This document shows positions 8,318 through 17,889 of a DNA stretch of 64,000 bases, piece after piece; within the stretch, counting starts at the first letter, position 1; every line of letters starts with the position of its first letter. The notes under the pieces are model-generated. The model did not search any database and had not been told where the DNA came from. It worked only from the letters and a program-made list of their open reading frames with translations. The stretch covers positions 8,481 through 72,480 of the forward strand of contig LSNK01000001.1 of the NCBI GenBank assembly GCA_003056085.1, written 5' to 3'. A program made the position numbers and the translations under genes. The DNA comes from Parcubacteria group bacterium M6-OD1-1. GTDB taxonomy: Bacteria > Patescibacteriota > Minisyncoccia > GWC2-36-17 > M10-OD1-4.

Positions 8318-9181
8318 TTATTCCTCCGGGACACCCTCTCCTTTTCCAATTTTTCTAAAACTTCCCTTACCAAAAGTATCTTCTATTAATCTGCCAATTG
8401 CCAACATTCTTCCATTTACCTTAGCATTAATGAATAGTTTTACAATATCCTCCCTATTTGAAAACTTATCTTTATTCAATTCCCAAAGTTTATTTATGAG
8501 AGAATTTATTTTATCTATTTCATCTCCTTTATAAAATTTCAGAGAACTTCTTTCTCCGTTGCTTACTTGCTCTATTTCATCTTTAAAAATCTCATTTTTC
8601 AAAACAATATTATGATAATATTGTTTTGTCATAAGTTCAGTTATGGCTTCATCAAAATCTTCAAAAAACTCCTCTTTGCCATCTCTGGACACTACTTTAA
8701 ATCCACTGCGATATTCACTTTCTGCATGATCATCTCCTTTAATTTTTTGTAAAACAACAATAGATTTTGCATGGATAAACTCATGAAACAATATTAAAGA
8801 AAATTCTATGTCAGACTTTAACCTATCAACTAAAATACCGCCTCTAACTGCAGAATGAGCTCCTGTAGAAAGCCTGCCTTCAGTGTACTCATTAGTGCCC
8901 CCATTTTTTAAAATATGGATATTTTCAATTGGAACTTCAAATACATTATCTTTTTTTAAACTTGATATGTATTCAGAAGCTTCCTTTTGAGTAAAATTTA
9001 TCACCTCTAAATCTCTTTCTGTTTTTTCTAATTCAAGGTCTTTGATATTTTCTTCATTTGCATCCTTATTAAGTAATGTTTCAGAAAACATAGATAAAGA
9101 AGCATCAAAAGCTTCTTTATCTTTTCTTTGTTCTTGTGGAATACCCACTACATTATCTATATGAGAATTAAATTTTTCCAT
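8318..9181 (-). CDS. Hypothetical protein with an HEXXH motif (SLILFHEFIHAKS)
   Basis: 287-aa ORF; possible metallopeptidase-like fold, but only the short motif is seen. Confidence 0.5.
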   Translation of the reverse strand: MEKFNSHIDNVVGIPQEQRKDKEAFDASLSMFSETLLNKDANEENIKDLELEKTERDLEVINFTQKEASEYISSLKKDNVFEVPIENIHILKNGGTNEYTEGRLSTGAHSAVRGGILVDRLKSDIEFSLILFHEFIHAKSIVVLQKIKGDDHAESEYRSGFKVVSRDGKEEFFEDFDEAITELMTKQYYHNIVLKNEIFKDEIEQVSNGERSSLKFYKGDEIDKINSLINKLWELNKDKFSNREDIVKLFINAKVNGRMLAIGRLIEDTFGKGSFRKIGKGEGVPEE

Positions 9182-9248
9182 ATATTAAAGAATACTTAAA
9201 ATTTAGCATTTTGTAAAACCAATTTAAAATTAAAATATAAAATTTTAA

Positions 9249-9420
9249 GATTTCTAAAATTGAGCACAGGTCGCAGCCTCCCGTTTTTATCCAAGAGCGC
9301 AGCGATTGGTTTTAAAACGCAGTGCTATCAGTATAAAAAGGAAGAGTGATGCTGAGCTGTATTTATAGATACAGTGAAGTTGAGCGATGAGTTTTTAGCA
9401 AGAGATGTGCCAATTTTGAA
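9249..9420 (+). repeat. Dispersed structured repeat, copy B
   Basis: GCTGTAT-TTATAG-ATACAG hairpin; ...TTTTTAGCAAGAGATGTGCCAATT 3' part. It shares TTTCTAAAATTGAG and CAGGTCGCAGC 5' segments with copies A and C. It abuts the nifU stop. Confidence 0.7.
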
Positions 9421-9424
9421 AATC

Positions 9425-10120
9425 TTATCCGAAATACTTTTCTTTATAAAAACGAAGCAGCTGTTCCGCCTCCGGAATACAAACAGGGTCACCAGTTCCC
9501 ACTTTTGTTTTTTTTTGAAGTTTTTCAAAAGTATCTGCTCCTTCAAGCACCGCTTCTTCAATATCTTTATCTGTTACATTTAAAACTTTATCTATAACTT
9601 TTTTGCCTTCCACTTTTATTCTGTCGTTTTGTCCTGTTCTTCTAAAAAAATCATTAATGGCGCTTTGAAGCGCTTTGTCTCCTAAAACAGAGCAGTGAAT
9701 TTTCCTGTTTGGAAGACCTCCTAATCTTTCCATTATGTCTTGTGGTTTTATCTTCAAAGCATCCTCCACTTTCATGCCTCCATTTTCCAAAAGCATAACA
9801 GAAAGCATAGATGTTGAAGCAATAGCGGACGCGCATCCGAAGGTCTGCCATTTTGCATCTTTTATTTTCTCTGTTTTTTCATCCACCAAAAGCCAGATTT
9901 TCATCATATCTCCGCACGCAGGAGAACCAACCATACCCAAAGCGTTGTATTTAAACTTTCCTTCCATGTCGGTCGTCAAAAAATTCCTCGGATTAAAAAA
10001 ATGATCTTTTACATTTTCCGTGTAAACCCATTTTTCTTTTTTATCATAAGAAACAACATCGGATTCACTTCTTTTATTTTTTTTATTTTCGTTTTTCATA
10101 AAATATATTCTAAATTTCAA
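9425..10120 (-). CDS. nifU: Fe-S cluster assembly scaffold, NifU/IscU family
   Basis: GSPACGD and FGCASAIAS IscU motifs; adjacent to the cysteine desulfurase gene. Confidence 0.8.
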   Translation of the reverse strand: MKFRIYFMKNENKKNKRSESDVVSYDKKEKWVYTENVKDHFFNPRNFLTTDMEGKFKYNALGMVGSPACGDMMKIWLLVDEKTEKIKDAKWQTFGCASAIASTSMLSVMLLENGGMKVEDALKIKPQDIMERLGGLPNRKIHCSVLGDKALQSAINDFFRRTGQNDRIKVEGKKVIDKVLNVTDKDIEEAVLEGADTFEKLQKKTKVGTGDPVCIPEAEQLLRFYKEKYFG

Positions 10121-10123
10121 ATT

Positions 10124-11335
10124 TTAAAGCTTCAACTTACTCATGTCTATTTTTGTCGGTGATATTTTTCTTAAATTTTCAACCACCCCCGGAAGTTTTT
10201 CCAAAACATAATCAATATCTTCTTCTGTTGTGTATCTTCCAAGAGCAAACCTCAAACTTCCATGAGCCGCCTCATACGGCAAACCAATCGCTAAAATAAC
10301 ATGCGAAGGGTCAAGGCTGTGTGAAGTGCAGGCAGAACCCGTTGAAGTATAAATTCCGTATTGATCCAAGTGAAGTATCAAAGCTTCACCTTCAATATCC
10401 AAAATCGTAATATTTATATTATTCGGCAAACGTTTCTCCGGATGTCCGTTTAAAAAAGTTTTTGGAATAGTTTTTAAAATTTCTTCTTTTAATTTCTTGC
10501 CTAATTTCAAAAGCCTTTCTGTTTCTTCTTCTTTTTTTTCATCTGCTAATTTAAGAGCTTTTGTGAGCCCCACGATTCCTGCTATATTTTCCGTTCCCGA
10601 TCTTAAATTTTTCTCCTGACCGCCACCATAAACCAATGGTTCTATTTTAACTCCTGTTTTTAAATATAAAATACCAATACCCTTCGGACCGTATATTTTA
10701 CTTCCATTTAAAGTAAGCATGTCCACCCCAAGGTCATTTATATTCAAGTTCAAATAACCCGCAGCCTGACATGCATCTGTATGAAAGTAAGGAAATTGTG
10801 TTTTGTTTTCTTTTTTGAAGTTTTTAATAACTTCAGCAATTTCAGAAATAGGCTCAATAGTTCCTATTTCATTATTGGCATACATTATAGAAACCAAAAC
10901 TGTATCTTTCCGTAATGCATTTTTTACATCTTTTGGATTCACCAAGCCATATTTATCCACCGGAAGATATGTGACTTCAAATCCTTCTTTTTCCAGCTTC
11001 TCGCAAGGATGAAGCACCGCATGATGTTCAATTTTGGAAGTTATAATATGATTCTTCTTTTCTTTATTTTTTCTTGCAGATCCTAAAATAGCCAAGTTGT
11101 CCGACTCCGTGCCTCCTGAGGTAAACAAAATCTCATCCGGACGAACACCTCCCAAAATTTTGGCTATTTCTTCCCTCGCTTCGTCAATAACCATTTTAGA
11201 TTCATGTCCAAGCTTATACATACTTGAGGGATTGCCGTAATGTTCAGAAAAATACGGCAACATAGCCTCCAAAACTTTGGGGTCTGTTTTTGTTGTTGCT
11301 GCATTGTCTAAATATACTTCCTTTGTTGTTTTCAT
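10124..11335 (-). CDS. nifS: Cysteine desulfurase (NifS/IscS)
   Basis: PLP-dependent class V aminotransferase features; full length ~400 aa. Confidence 0.9.
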   Translation of the reverse strand: MKTTKEVYLDNAATTKTDPKVLEAMLPYFSEHYGNPSSMYKLGHESKMVIDEAREEIAKILGGVRPDEILFTSGGTESDNLAILGSARKNKEKKNHIITSKIEHHAVLHPCEKLEKEGFEVTYLPVDKYGLVNPKDVKNALRKDTVLVSIMYANNEIGTIEPISEIAEVIKNFKKENKTQFPYFHTDACQAAGYLNLNINDLGVDMLTLNGSKIYGPKGIGILYLKTGVKIEPLVYGGGQEKNLRSGTENIAGIVGLTKALKLADEKKEEETERLLKLGKKLKEEILKTIPKTFLNGHPEKRLPNNINITILDIEGEALILHLDQYGIYTSTGSACTSHSLDPSHVILAIGLPYEAAHGSLRFALGRYTTEEDIDYVLEKLPGVVENLRKISPTKIDMSKLKL

Positions 11336-11561
11336 TTAATATTACTGCTAATTTTAATCTTTAATTTAATACTAATAAGAATTAAATAATAAGATAAAGA
11401 AACAAGACACGATAACCAAGCAACAAGCAAATTTCAAGAAACAATAATCAAAACGAGCCGTGTTTGTAATTTGTTGTTTGATTATCGCAGCTTGTTTGTT
11501 ACTTGTTTTTTTGTATCTTGGTTATTTCTTAAAAATTCTTTATTTTTAACTCTTAATTTTT

Positions 11562-11957
11562 TTATAAAATATCTTTTAAACTTATATTGCTCAATGTATC
11601 ATCTACACTTTTTTTCAACTTGCTCCATACTACTCTCGTTTTACATCCTTTTTCTTTCCCGCACTTGTGTCCGGAAAGGCATTTTACCGGAGCGGTATCT
11701 CCTTCAAAAATATTAATTATGTTTAAAATATTAATCTCTTCCGGGGATTTCAAAAGCATATAACCTCCGTTTCTTCCCGCCTTTGACTTTATGATTTTCT
11801 GTTTTTTTAAAAGCGCGGCTATTTCTTCAAGATACCCGTAAGATATATTTTCTTTTTTTGATACTTCCGCAAGAGAAACGACTCTTCCTTTACAAGATGC
11901 AATATACGCCAAAAGACTTAGCGCATATTCACTCCTTGTTGAAACTTTAAAAAACAT
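11562..11957 (-). CDS. iscR: Rrf2-family transcriptional regulator (IscR-like)
   Basis: TRSEYALSLLAYIA HTH; C-terminal Cys cluster; sits upstream of nifS-nifU. Confidence 0.85.
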   Translation of the reverse strand: MFFKVSTRSEYALSLLAYIASCKGRVVSLAEVSKKENISYGYLEEIAALLKKQKIIKSKAGRNGGYMLLKSPEEINILNIINIFEGDTAPVKCLSGHKCGKEKGCKTRVVWSKLKKSVDDTLSNISLKDIL

Positions 11958-12121
11958 AGATTAAATCTAATTCCAAGTTAATAGCTGTGAGTTTAATATA
12001 TAATTTTTAAAAAGTCAACTACCATTCTTAAATTAGGCTGAATATCCATAACTTGATTCTTTTAAAAAAATAATGCACAATACTTCCAGTATTTATTCAT
12101 GCAACCTTGGAGGTTAGCAGT

Positions 12122-12232
12122 GTGAAAAAAATTAAAAATAGAGCAAAGATTAAAAACGCGGCCAAAAGAAATCATCTCAACAAGCGCAGGGAAAAAATAA
12201 TCCTGAAACTCCAAAGACAACAACTCCAATAA
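12122..12232 (+). CDS. Small basic protein (36 aa, GTG start), weak resemblance to the N-terminus of ribosomal protein S20
   Basis: GGAGG sits 9 nt upstream of the GTG. VKKIKNRAKIKNAAKRNHLNKRREKIILKLQRQQLQ; a strong terminator follows immediately. Confidence 0.3.
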   Translation: MKKIKNRAKIKNAAKRNHLNKRREKIILKLQRQQLQ

Positions 12233-12249
12233 GTAAAATAAAGTCTACC

Positions 12250-12287
12250 GCCCCTCTTGTCTAAAACAGACAAGAGGATTTTTTTTG
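12250..12287 (+). terminator. Rho-independent terminator (CCTCTTGTCT AAAA CAGACAAGAGG + T8)
   Basis: Perfect 10-bp stem plus a T-run just upstream of cysS. Confidence 0.75.
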
Positions 12288-12320
12288 GATTTTTTTTGCG
12301 GTTTCTGCTAAAATAAGCTC

Positions 12321-13718
12321 ATGTTTATATATGACACTCTATCAAAAAAGAAAAAAGTATTCAGACCTCGTGATAAAAAACAAGTGACTATGTTTGTGTG
12401 CGGAATAACCCCGTATGACTCTCCTCATATAGGAAATATACGTGCTTTTTTAAATTATGACATTATAGCAAACTATCTTAGACACAAAGGCTATAAACTT
12501 AAATACATTCAAAATATAACCGACATAGACGACAAAATAATAGCAAGATCACAAGAAAAGAAACTTGACTGGGAAAAACTCGGCAATCAATACTTTGAAG
12601 AATTAAAAAATATTTTAAAAACTTTAAATATAAAAAGCGTTGATAAATACATAAAAGCAACTGACCATATCCCGCACATAATAAAACAAATAAAAACCCT
12701 CATAAAAAAAGGCTATGCTTACGAAAATAACGGCACTGTATTTTTTGATGTCAGAAAATTTAAAGATTACGGGAAACTCTCGGGACAAAATTTAAAAAAG
12801 CTCAAAAAAGCGGAACGAACAGAGAAAGACACAAATAAAAAACATCCTTACGATTTTGCTCTATGGAAAGCAAAAAAACTTTCAGAGCCTTCCTGGGACT
12901 CGCCTTTCGGACCGGGAAGACCCGGCTGGCACATAGAAGATACGGCCATAACGGAACATTACTTTGGACAGCAATATGACATACACGGAGGAGGAAGAGA
13001 CTTAATATTTCCCCACCATGAATGCGAAATAGCTCAGCAAGAATCAGCCTCCGGTAAAAAACCATTTGTAAAATACTGGATGCATTCCGGATTTGTTAAT
13101 GTAAATGGAGAAAAAATGTCTAAATCTCTTGGAAATTTTATAACTGTAAAAGAACTTTTGGAAAAAACTGAGCCGGACATTATAAGATTTATGATGCTTT
13201 CTGTGCATTACAGATCCCCCATTGACTACACAAGCAAGCTGCTTGAACAATCAAAAAGTTCTCTTGAAAAGATAACTGATTTTTCAGACAGGTTAAAAAA
13301 ATTCAAACCTAAAATCAATCCAAAAAAATCAATTTCATGCAAGTGTAAAACAATAAATGCTCAGATTAAAAAGTTTTTCTCAGAAATGGACGATGACTTC
13401 AATACGCCAAAAGCTTTGGCGGCGCTTTTTAGTTTAATTAATTTATCAAATTCAAAAATGGATAAAAACACCTTATCTGAAACAGACAAAGAAAATATAA
13501 TTTCATTTTTAAAAGACGTTGAAAATATTTTCGGAATAAAAATATTAACAAAAAAAAGAGAGAAAATCTCAGAAGACATAACCGACCTTTTGGAAGCCCG
13601 CAAAAAAGCCAGAAAAGAAAAAAATTGGAATGAGTCAGATAAAATAAGAGAGATGCTGAAAAAAAGAGGCTACTTGGTCAAAGACACCCCGCAAGGACAA
13701 AAACTCAAAAAAGTATAA
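12321..13718 (+). CDS. cysS: Cysteine--tRNA ligase
   Basis: HIGN and KMSKS motifs; 465 aa. Confidence 0.95.
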   Translation: MFIYDTLSKKKKVFRPRDKKQVTMFVCGITPYDSPHIGNIRAFLNYDIIANYLRHKGYKLKYIQNITDIDDKIIARSQEKKLDWEKLGNQYFEELKNILKTLNIKSVDKYIKATDHIPHIIKQIKTLIKKGYAYENNGTVFFDVRKFKDYGKLSGQNLKKLKKAERTEKDTNKKHPYDFALWKAKKLSEPSWDSPFGPGRPGWHIEDTAITEHYFGQQYDIHGGGRDLIFPHHECEIAQQESASGKKPFVKYWMHSGFVNVNGEKMSKSLGNFITVKELLEKTEPDIIRFMMLSVHYRSPIDYTSKLLEQSKSSLEKITDFSDRLKKFKPKINPKKSISCKCKTINAQIKKFFSEMDDDFNTPKALAALFSLINLSNSKMDKNTLSETDKENIISFLKDVENIFGIKILTKKREKISEDITDLLEARKKARKEKNWNESDKIREMLKKRGYLVKDTPQGQKLKKV

Positions 13719-13853
13719 AATAATGAACAGTTTATAAACACCTTATAAAAAAACCTTTTAAATTGGAGGGTTTTTTTGTTTAAATTACTCATTTTTGACT
13801 TCAGTTATTTTTCAAGCTATCATAGGTTTACTAAAGAATAAACTAATTTAATT

Positions 13854-15254
13854 ATGACGCAAAAAAACGAGAAAGCTGAAAATATAAAAATGCCGCCGCA
13901 TAATATTGAGGCGGAACAATCTGTTTTAGGTTCTATTTTATTGGACAAAGAGTCAATGGTAAAAGTGGCTGATATTATAACTTCAAAAGATTTTTACAAA
14001 AAAGCTCACAGACTTATTTATGAGACTATGCTTGATTTGTATCAAAACCAAGAGCCTATTGATGTTTTAAATGTAACAAACAGACTTAAAGACAAAAAAC
14101 AGCTCAAAGATGTCGGTGGCGCAAGCTACATTACTAATTTAGTAAACTCCATAGCCACCCCGGCGCATATAGCCTCCTACGCAAAAACTGTTTACAAAAA
14201 AAGAATTTTAAGAGACCTAATATCAGCATCTTATAATATAGCGGAACTTGGCTACAAAGAACACGAGGACATAGATATGCTTTTGGACGAAGCGGAAAAA
14301 AACATTTTTGGGATAACGCAGGAATCCCTTTCCCAATCATTTTCACATGTTAAAAATACACTTGATGCGGCTTTTGAAAGAATAGAAAAACTTCACCAAA
14401 ATGACCATGCTATGCGAGGAGTGGCGACAGGATTTAAAAAAATGGATAATCTTTTATCCGGACTTCAAAAATCCGACCTTGTAATACTTGCCGCAAGACC
14501 AAGTTTGGGAAAAACATCTCTTGCCTTGAACATAGCTTTAAATGCCGCAAAAAATAAAGTACCTGTCGGAATTTTTTCCCTTGAAATGTCCAGCGAACAG
14601 CTTGTAGACAGACTTATAGCCACAGAAGCAAGGGTTGATCTGTGGAAATTAAGAACTGGAAACTTATCAATGGACGGAGAGCTCAACGACTTTGCGCGTA
14701 TAAGCGACGCTTTAGGGTCTTTGTCAGAAGCGCCAATATTTTTTGAGGAATCCTCCAATCCAAACATATTGCAAATGAGAACAATGGCAAGAAGACTCCA
14801 GGCAGAACATGGACTTGGACTAATAGTGGTTGACTATCTCCAGCTTATACAGCCAAGAAACCCAAACGACTCACCTGTTCAATCAATCAGTGAAATTTCA
14901 AGATCTTTAAAGGGTCTTGCAAGAGAACTTAATGTTCCGGTTCTCGCGCTTTCACAGCTTTCTCGTGCAGTTGAACAAAGAACGGCAAGAATACCAAAGC
15001 TTTCCGACTTGAGAGATTCGGGCTCTATTGAACAGGACGCAGACGTAGTTATGTTTATTTACAGAGAGGATAAAGACAGAGAAAATACAGAAAGAAAGAA
15101 CCAAGCCGATATTATTATTGCAAAACACAGAAACGGACCTTTGGGCAATGTTGCTCTTTATTTTGACCAAGAAAGAGCAACTTTTGAAGACCTTTCGAGT
15201 GACGACTATGAAGAATCCGGAGCTAATGACGAACCACCAAAAGATGTATTCTAA
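13854..15254 (+). CDS. dnaB: Replicative DNA helicase DnaB
   Basis: DnaB N-domain, Walker A (GKTSLALN) and RecA-like C-domain. Confidence 0.95.
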   Translation: MTQKNEKAENIKMPPHNIEAEQSVLGSILLDKESMVKVADIITSKDFYKKAHRLIYETMLDLYQNQEPIDVLNVTNRLKDKKQLKDVGGASYITNLVNSIATPAHIASYAKTVYKKRILRDLISASYNIAELGYKEHEDIDMLLDEAEKNIFGITQESLSQSFSHVKNTLDAAFERIEKLHQNDHAMRGVATGFKKMDNLLSGLQKSDLVILAARPSLGKTSLALNIALNAAKNKVPVGIFSLEMSSEQLVDRLIATEARVDLWKLRTGNLSMDGELNDFARISDALGSLSEAPIFFEESSNPNILQMRTMARRLQAEHGLGLIVVDYLQLIQPRNPNDSPVQSISEISRSLKGLARELNVPVLALSQLSRAVEQRTARIPKLSDLRDSGSIEQDADVVMFIYREDKDRENTERKNQADIIIAKHRNGPLGNVALYFDQERATFEDLSSDDYEESGANDEPPKDVF

Positions 15255-15858
15255 ATCCATACAAAATTTAATAGAAAGCCTTTCAAAGCTCCCTTCCATA
15301 GGACCAAGGCAAGCATCCAGAATTGTATTTTATCTTCTTAAGAAACCTGATGACGAGATAAAATCTTTTTCTGAAAATCTATTATCACTCAAACAAAATG
15401 TGAAGCTTTGTCCTGAATGTTTTTTAAGCTATGAAGCTGACGGAGTAAAAAAAGGCTGTGATATATGCTTGAGCCATAAAAGGCTAAAAACAAAAATTTG
15501 CGTACTTCAAAAAGAGGTGGAAATAAACAACATTGAAAATACCGGAATATTTGACGGCGTTTATCATATTATTGGAGAAGATATAAATATGCTAAATGAT
15601 GAAAAACAAACCGAAACAAGCATAAAAAAATTAATAGAAAGAATAAAAAATCTTAAAAACCAAAATCAAAATGACATTGAAGTCATATTGGCGACAAATC
15701 CAACCACAGAAGGAACGGCAATGCTGATGTATTTAAATCAAAAACTAAAACCTCTTGATATTAAAATTACCGTTTTAGGCAGAGGCTTGTCATCCGGCAA
15801 TGAACTGGAATACGCCGACCAAGAAACAATAAACAATGCATTTTTAGGCAGAAACTGA
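15244..15858 (+). CDS. recR: Recombination protein RecR
   Basis: MYSKSIQNLIESLSKLPSIGPRQASRI; C4 zinc finger CPEC...CDIC; Toprim. The start overlaps the dnaB stop. Confidence 0.9.
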   Translation: MYSKSIQNLIESLSKLPSIGPRQASRIVFYLLKKPDDEIKSFSENLLSLKQNVKLCPECFLSYEADGVKKGCDICLSHKRLKTKICVLQKEVEINNIENTGIFDGVYHIIGEDINMLNDEKQTETSIKKLIERIKNLKNQNQNDIEVILATNPTTEGTAMLMYLNQKLKPLDIKITVLGRGLSSGNELEYADQETINNAFLGRN

Positions 15859-15915
15859 CAACAAAAAACCCGCTTAAACAGCGAGTTTTTTGTTGAGTTT
15901 TATTTGAGTAAGTTT

Positions 15916-16224
15916 TTATTTAATATCAGTAATTTTTACTTCAGTATGAGGCTGTCTATGCCCTCTTTTAACTCTCACTCTTTTTTTAGGTTTATACCTT
16001 AAAGATATCTTTTTTTTGTCTCTTCCTTGAGTTAATATCTCTCCGGAAACCTTAGAGCCTTCAATGTAAGGCTGACCTATTTTGGTATCTTTGTCGGAAG
16101 AAATAAGCAAAACTTTATCAAAGACAATTTTAGAACCTTCCTCACCTTTTAGTTTTTCCACTTTTATCTTGTCTCCAACAGATACTTTATATTGTTTTCC
16201 TCCTGTTTCTATTACGCTAAACAT
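15916..16224 (-). CDS. rplU: 50S ribosomal protein L21
   Basis: MFSVIETGGKQYKVSVGDKIKVEKL. Confidence 0.9.
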   Translation of the reverse strand: MFSVIETGGKQYKVSVGDKIKVEKLKGEEGSKIVFDKVLLISSDKDTKIGQPYIEGSKVSGEILTQGRDKKKISLRYKPKKRVRVKRGHRQPHTEVKITDIK

Positions 16225-16472
16225 ATTTTTATAATTTTAGTAAAACTTTAATGAAGTTGAGTATATCAAATTAACCATATTTTGTAAATAGCATATACTC
16301 TAAGTTTAAAAAACAACTAAAACACCTATATGACATAAGTATTGTCAATTTGATATTAGAATGAGAGTTAAAATTTATTCTATTAGTTTAAATTTTATAA
16401 CTTAAGTAAAAATACCGCTTCTCTTATTTTGAACCTTTGCATTTTATATATATTACTATATATAATAAAAAT

Positions 16473-17753
16473 ATGACAAAAATTGAAAAGAAAATAAAAG
16501 AAGCTCCAAAAAGCCCCGGAATATACTTTTTTAAAGACAAAAAAGGAAAAGTTATTTATATCGGCAAAGCAAATGTTTTAAAAAACAGAGTTTCTCAATA
16601 TTTTAGAAGTCCAAAAAAACATTCTCAAAAAACTAAAAAATTAGTTGAGAATATTTTTGATGTTGATTTTTTAATTTGCGACTCGGAAATAGATGCGCTC
16701 ATCAAAGAAGCCTGTTATATAAAAAAATATGATCCAAAATACAATATTCTTATGCGGGATGATAAGAATTACTTTTTTGTTGGCATCACAAAAGAAACAT
16801 ATCCCAGAATATTCATAACCCACCAACCTCTTGCCGAAGGTTCTACTGTCCGAGGTTCAACCTCGAACAATTATATTGGTCCATTTACTGAAGGATTTGC
16901 CTTAAAAGAAACTCTAAAACTACTCAGAAAAACATTCCCCTACCGGCACTGTGTAAAACTTCCAAAAAAAGCTTGTTTACAATATCACCTAAATAGATGC
17001 CTCGCTCCCTGCATAAAAGAAAATACAAAAACAAAAGTAAAGCAAAATATAAGGTATATAGAAAAAATACTCAAAGGGGAAAAACAAAGTCTTCTTAAGC
17101 AATTTGAAAAACAAATGATTAAATACGCAAAAGAAGAAAAATTTGAAAAAGCAGATGAAATAAAAAAACAAACAGAAAATATCAAAAAAATATTTAAACA
17201 CAAATACTCCCTTCAAAAATTCAAAGAAGTAAAACGAAAAACCATAAATTGGCAAGCTGCAGAAAAGTTTATTCAAAAACTTCTTAAAACAAAAAAAAGA
17301 ATATCCCGCGTAGAAGCATATGATATTTCAAATATTTCCGGAAAGCATGCTGTTGGCTCTATGGTTGTTTTTACCGACGGATTGCCTGACAAAAAAGAAT
17401 ATAGAAAGTTTAAAATAAAATTCTCGGGAAACGAACCAAATGATCCTAAAATGATGCAAGAGATTTTAGCAAGAAGATTTAAAAGAAAAGATTGGCCAAA
17501 ACCAGGACTGATAATTTTAGACGGAGGTGTAACTCAGCTTAATGCAGTAAAAAAAATAGCACCCAAAAACCAGCTTATAGCATCTTTAGCCAAACAAAAC
17601 GAAGAAATATATCTGCCGGAGAATTCCCTGCCTAACCCAACAGAAAACATGCCGGAAGATGTTAAATTTTTCTTTCAAAAAATAAGAAATGAGGCTCATA
17701 GATTTGCAATAACATTTCACAGAAATTTAAGGTCAAAGAAATTTCTAAAATAA
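16473..17753 (+). CDS. uvrC: Excinuclease ABC subunit C-like protein (GIY-YIG, Cys-rich, UVR and RNase H-like endonuclease domains; lacks the C-terminal HhH2)
   Basis: GIYFFKDKKGKVIYIGKA GIY-YIG motif; CLQYHLNRCLAPC; RVEAYDISN...ILDGG. It is about 170 aa shorter than canonical UvrC. Confidence 0.75.
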   Translation: MTKIEKKIKEAPKSPGIYFFKDKKGKVIYIGKANVLKNRVSQYFRSPKKHSQKTKKLVENIFDVDFLICDSEIDALIKEACYIKKYDPKYNILMRDDKNYFFVGITKETYPRIFITHQPLAEGSTVRGSTSNNYIGPFTEGFALKETLKLLRKTFPYRHCVKLPKKACLQYHLNRCLAPCIKENTKTKVKQNIRYIEKILKGEKQSLLKQFEKQMIKYAKEEKFEKADEIKKQTENIKKIFKHKYSLQKFKEVKRKTINWQAAEKFIQKLLKTKKRISRVEAYDISNISGKHAVGSMVVFTDGLPDKKEYRKFKIKFSGNEPNDPKMMQEILARRFKRKDWPKPGLIILDGGVTQLNAVKKIAPKNQLIASLAKQNEEIYLPENSLPNPTENMPEDVKFFFQKIRNEAHRFAITFHRNLRSKKFLK

Positions 17754-17889
17754 AAAAAATAGCTCGGCAGAATTTACATAGGTGAATTTACATAGGTGAG
17801 ACCTATGTAAAAAGATGGAATATAAAAAACTCGGCAGAAATTTCTGCCGAGCTAAACTACATTAAAATATTATTTGTTTTTTGCTTTGG

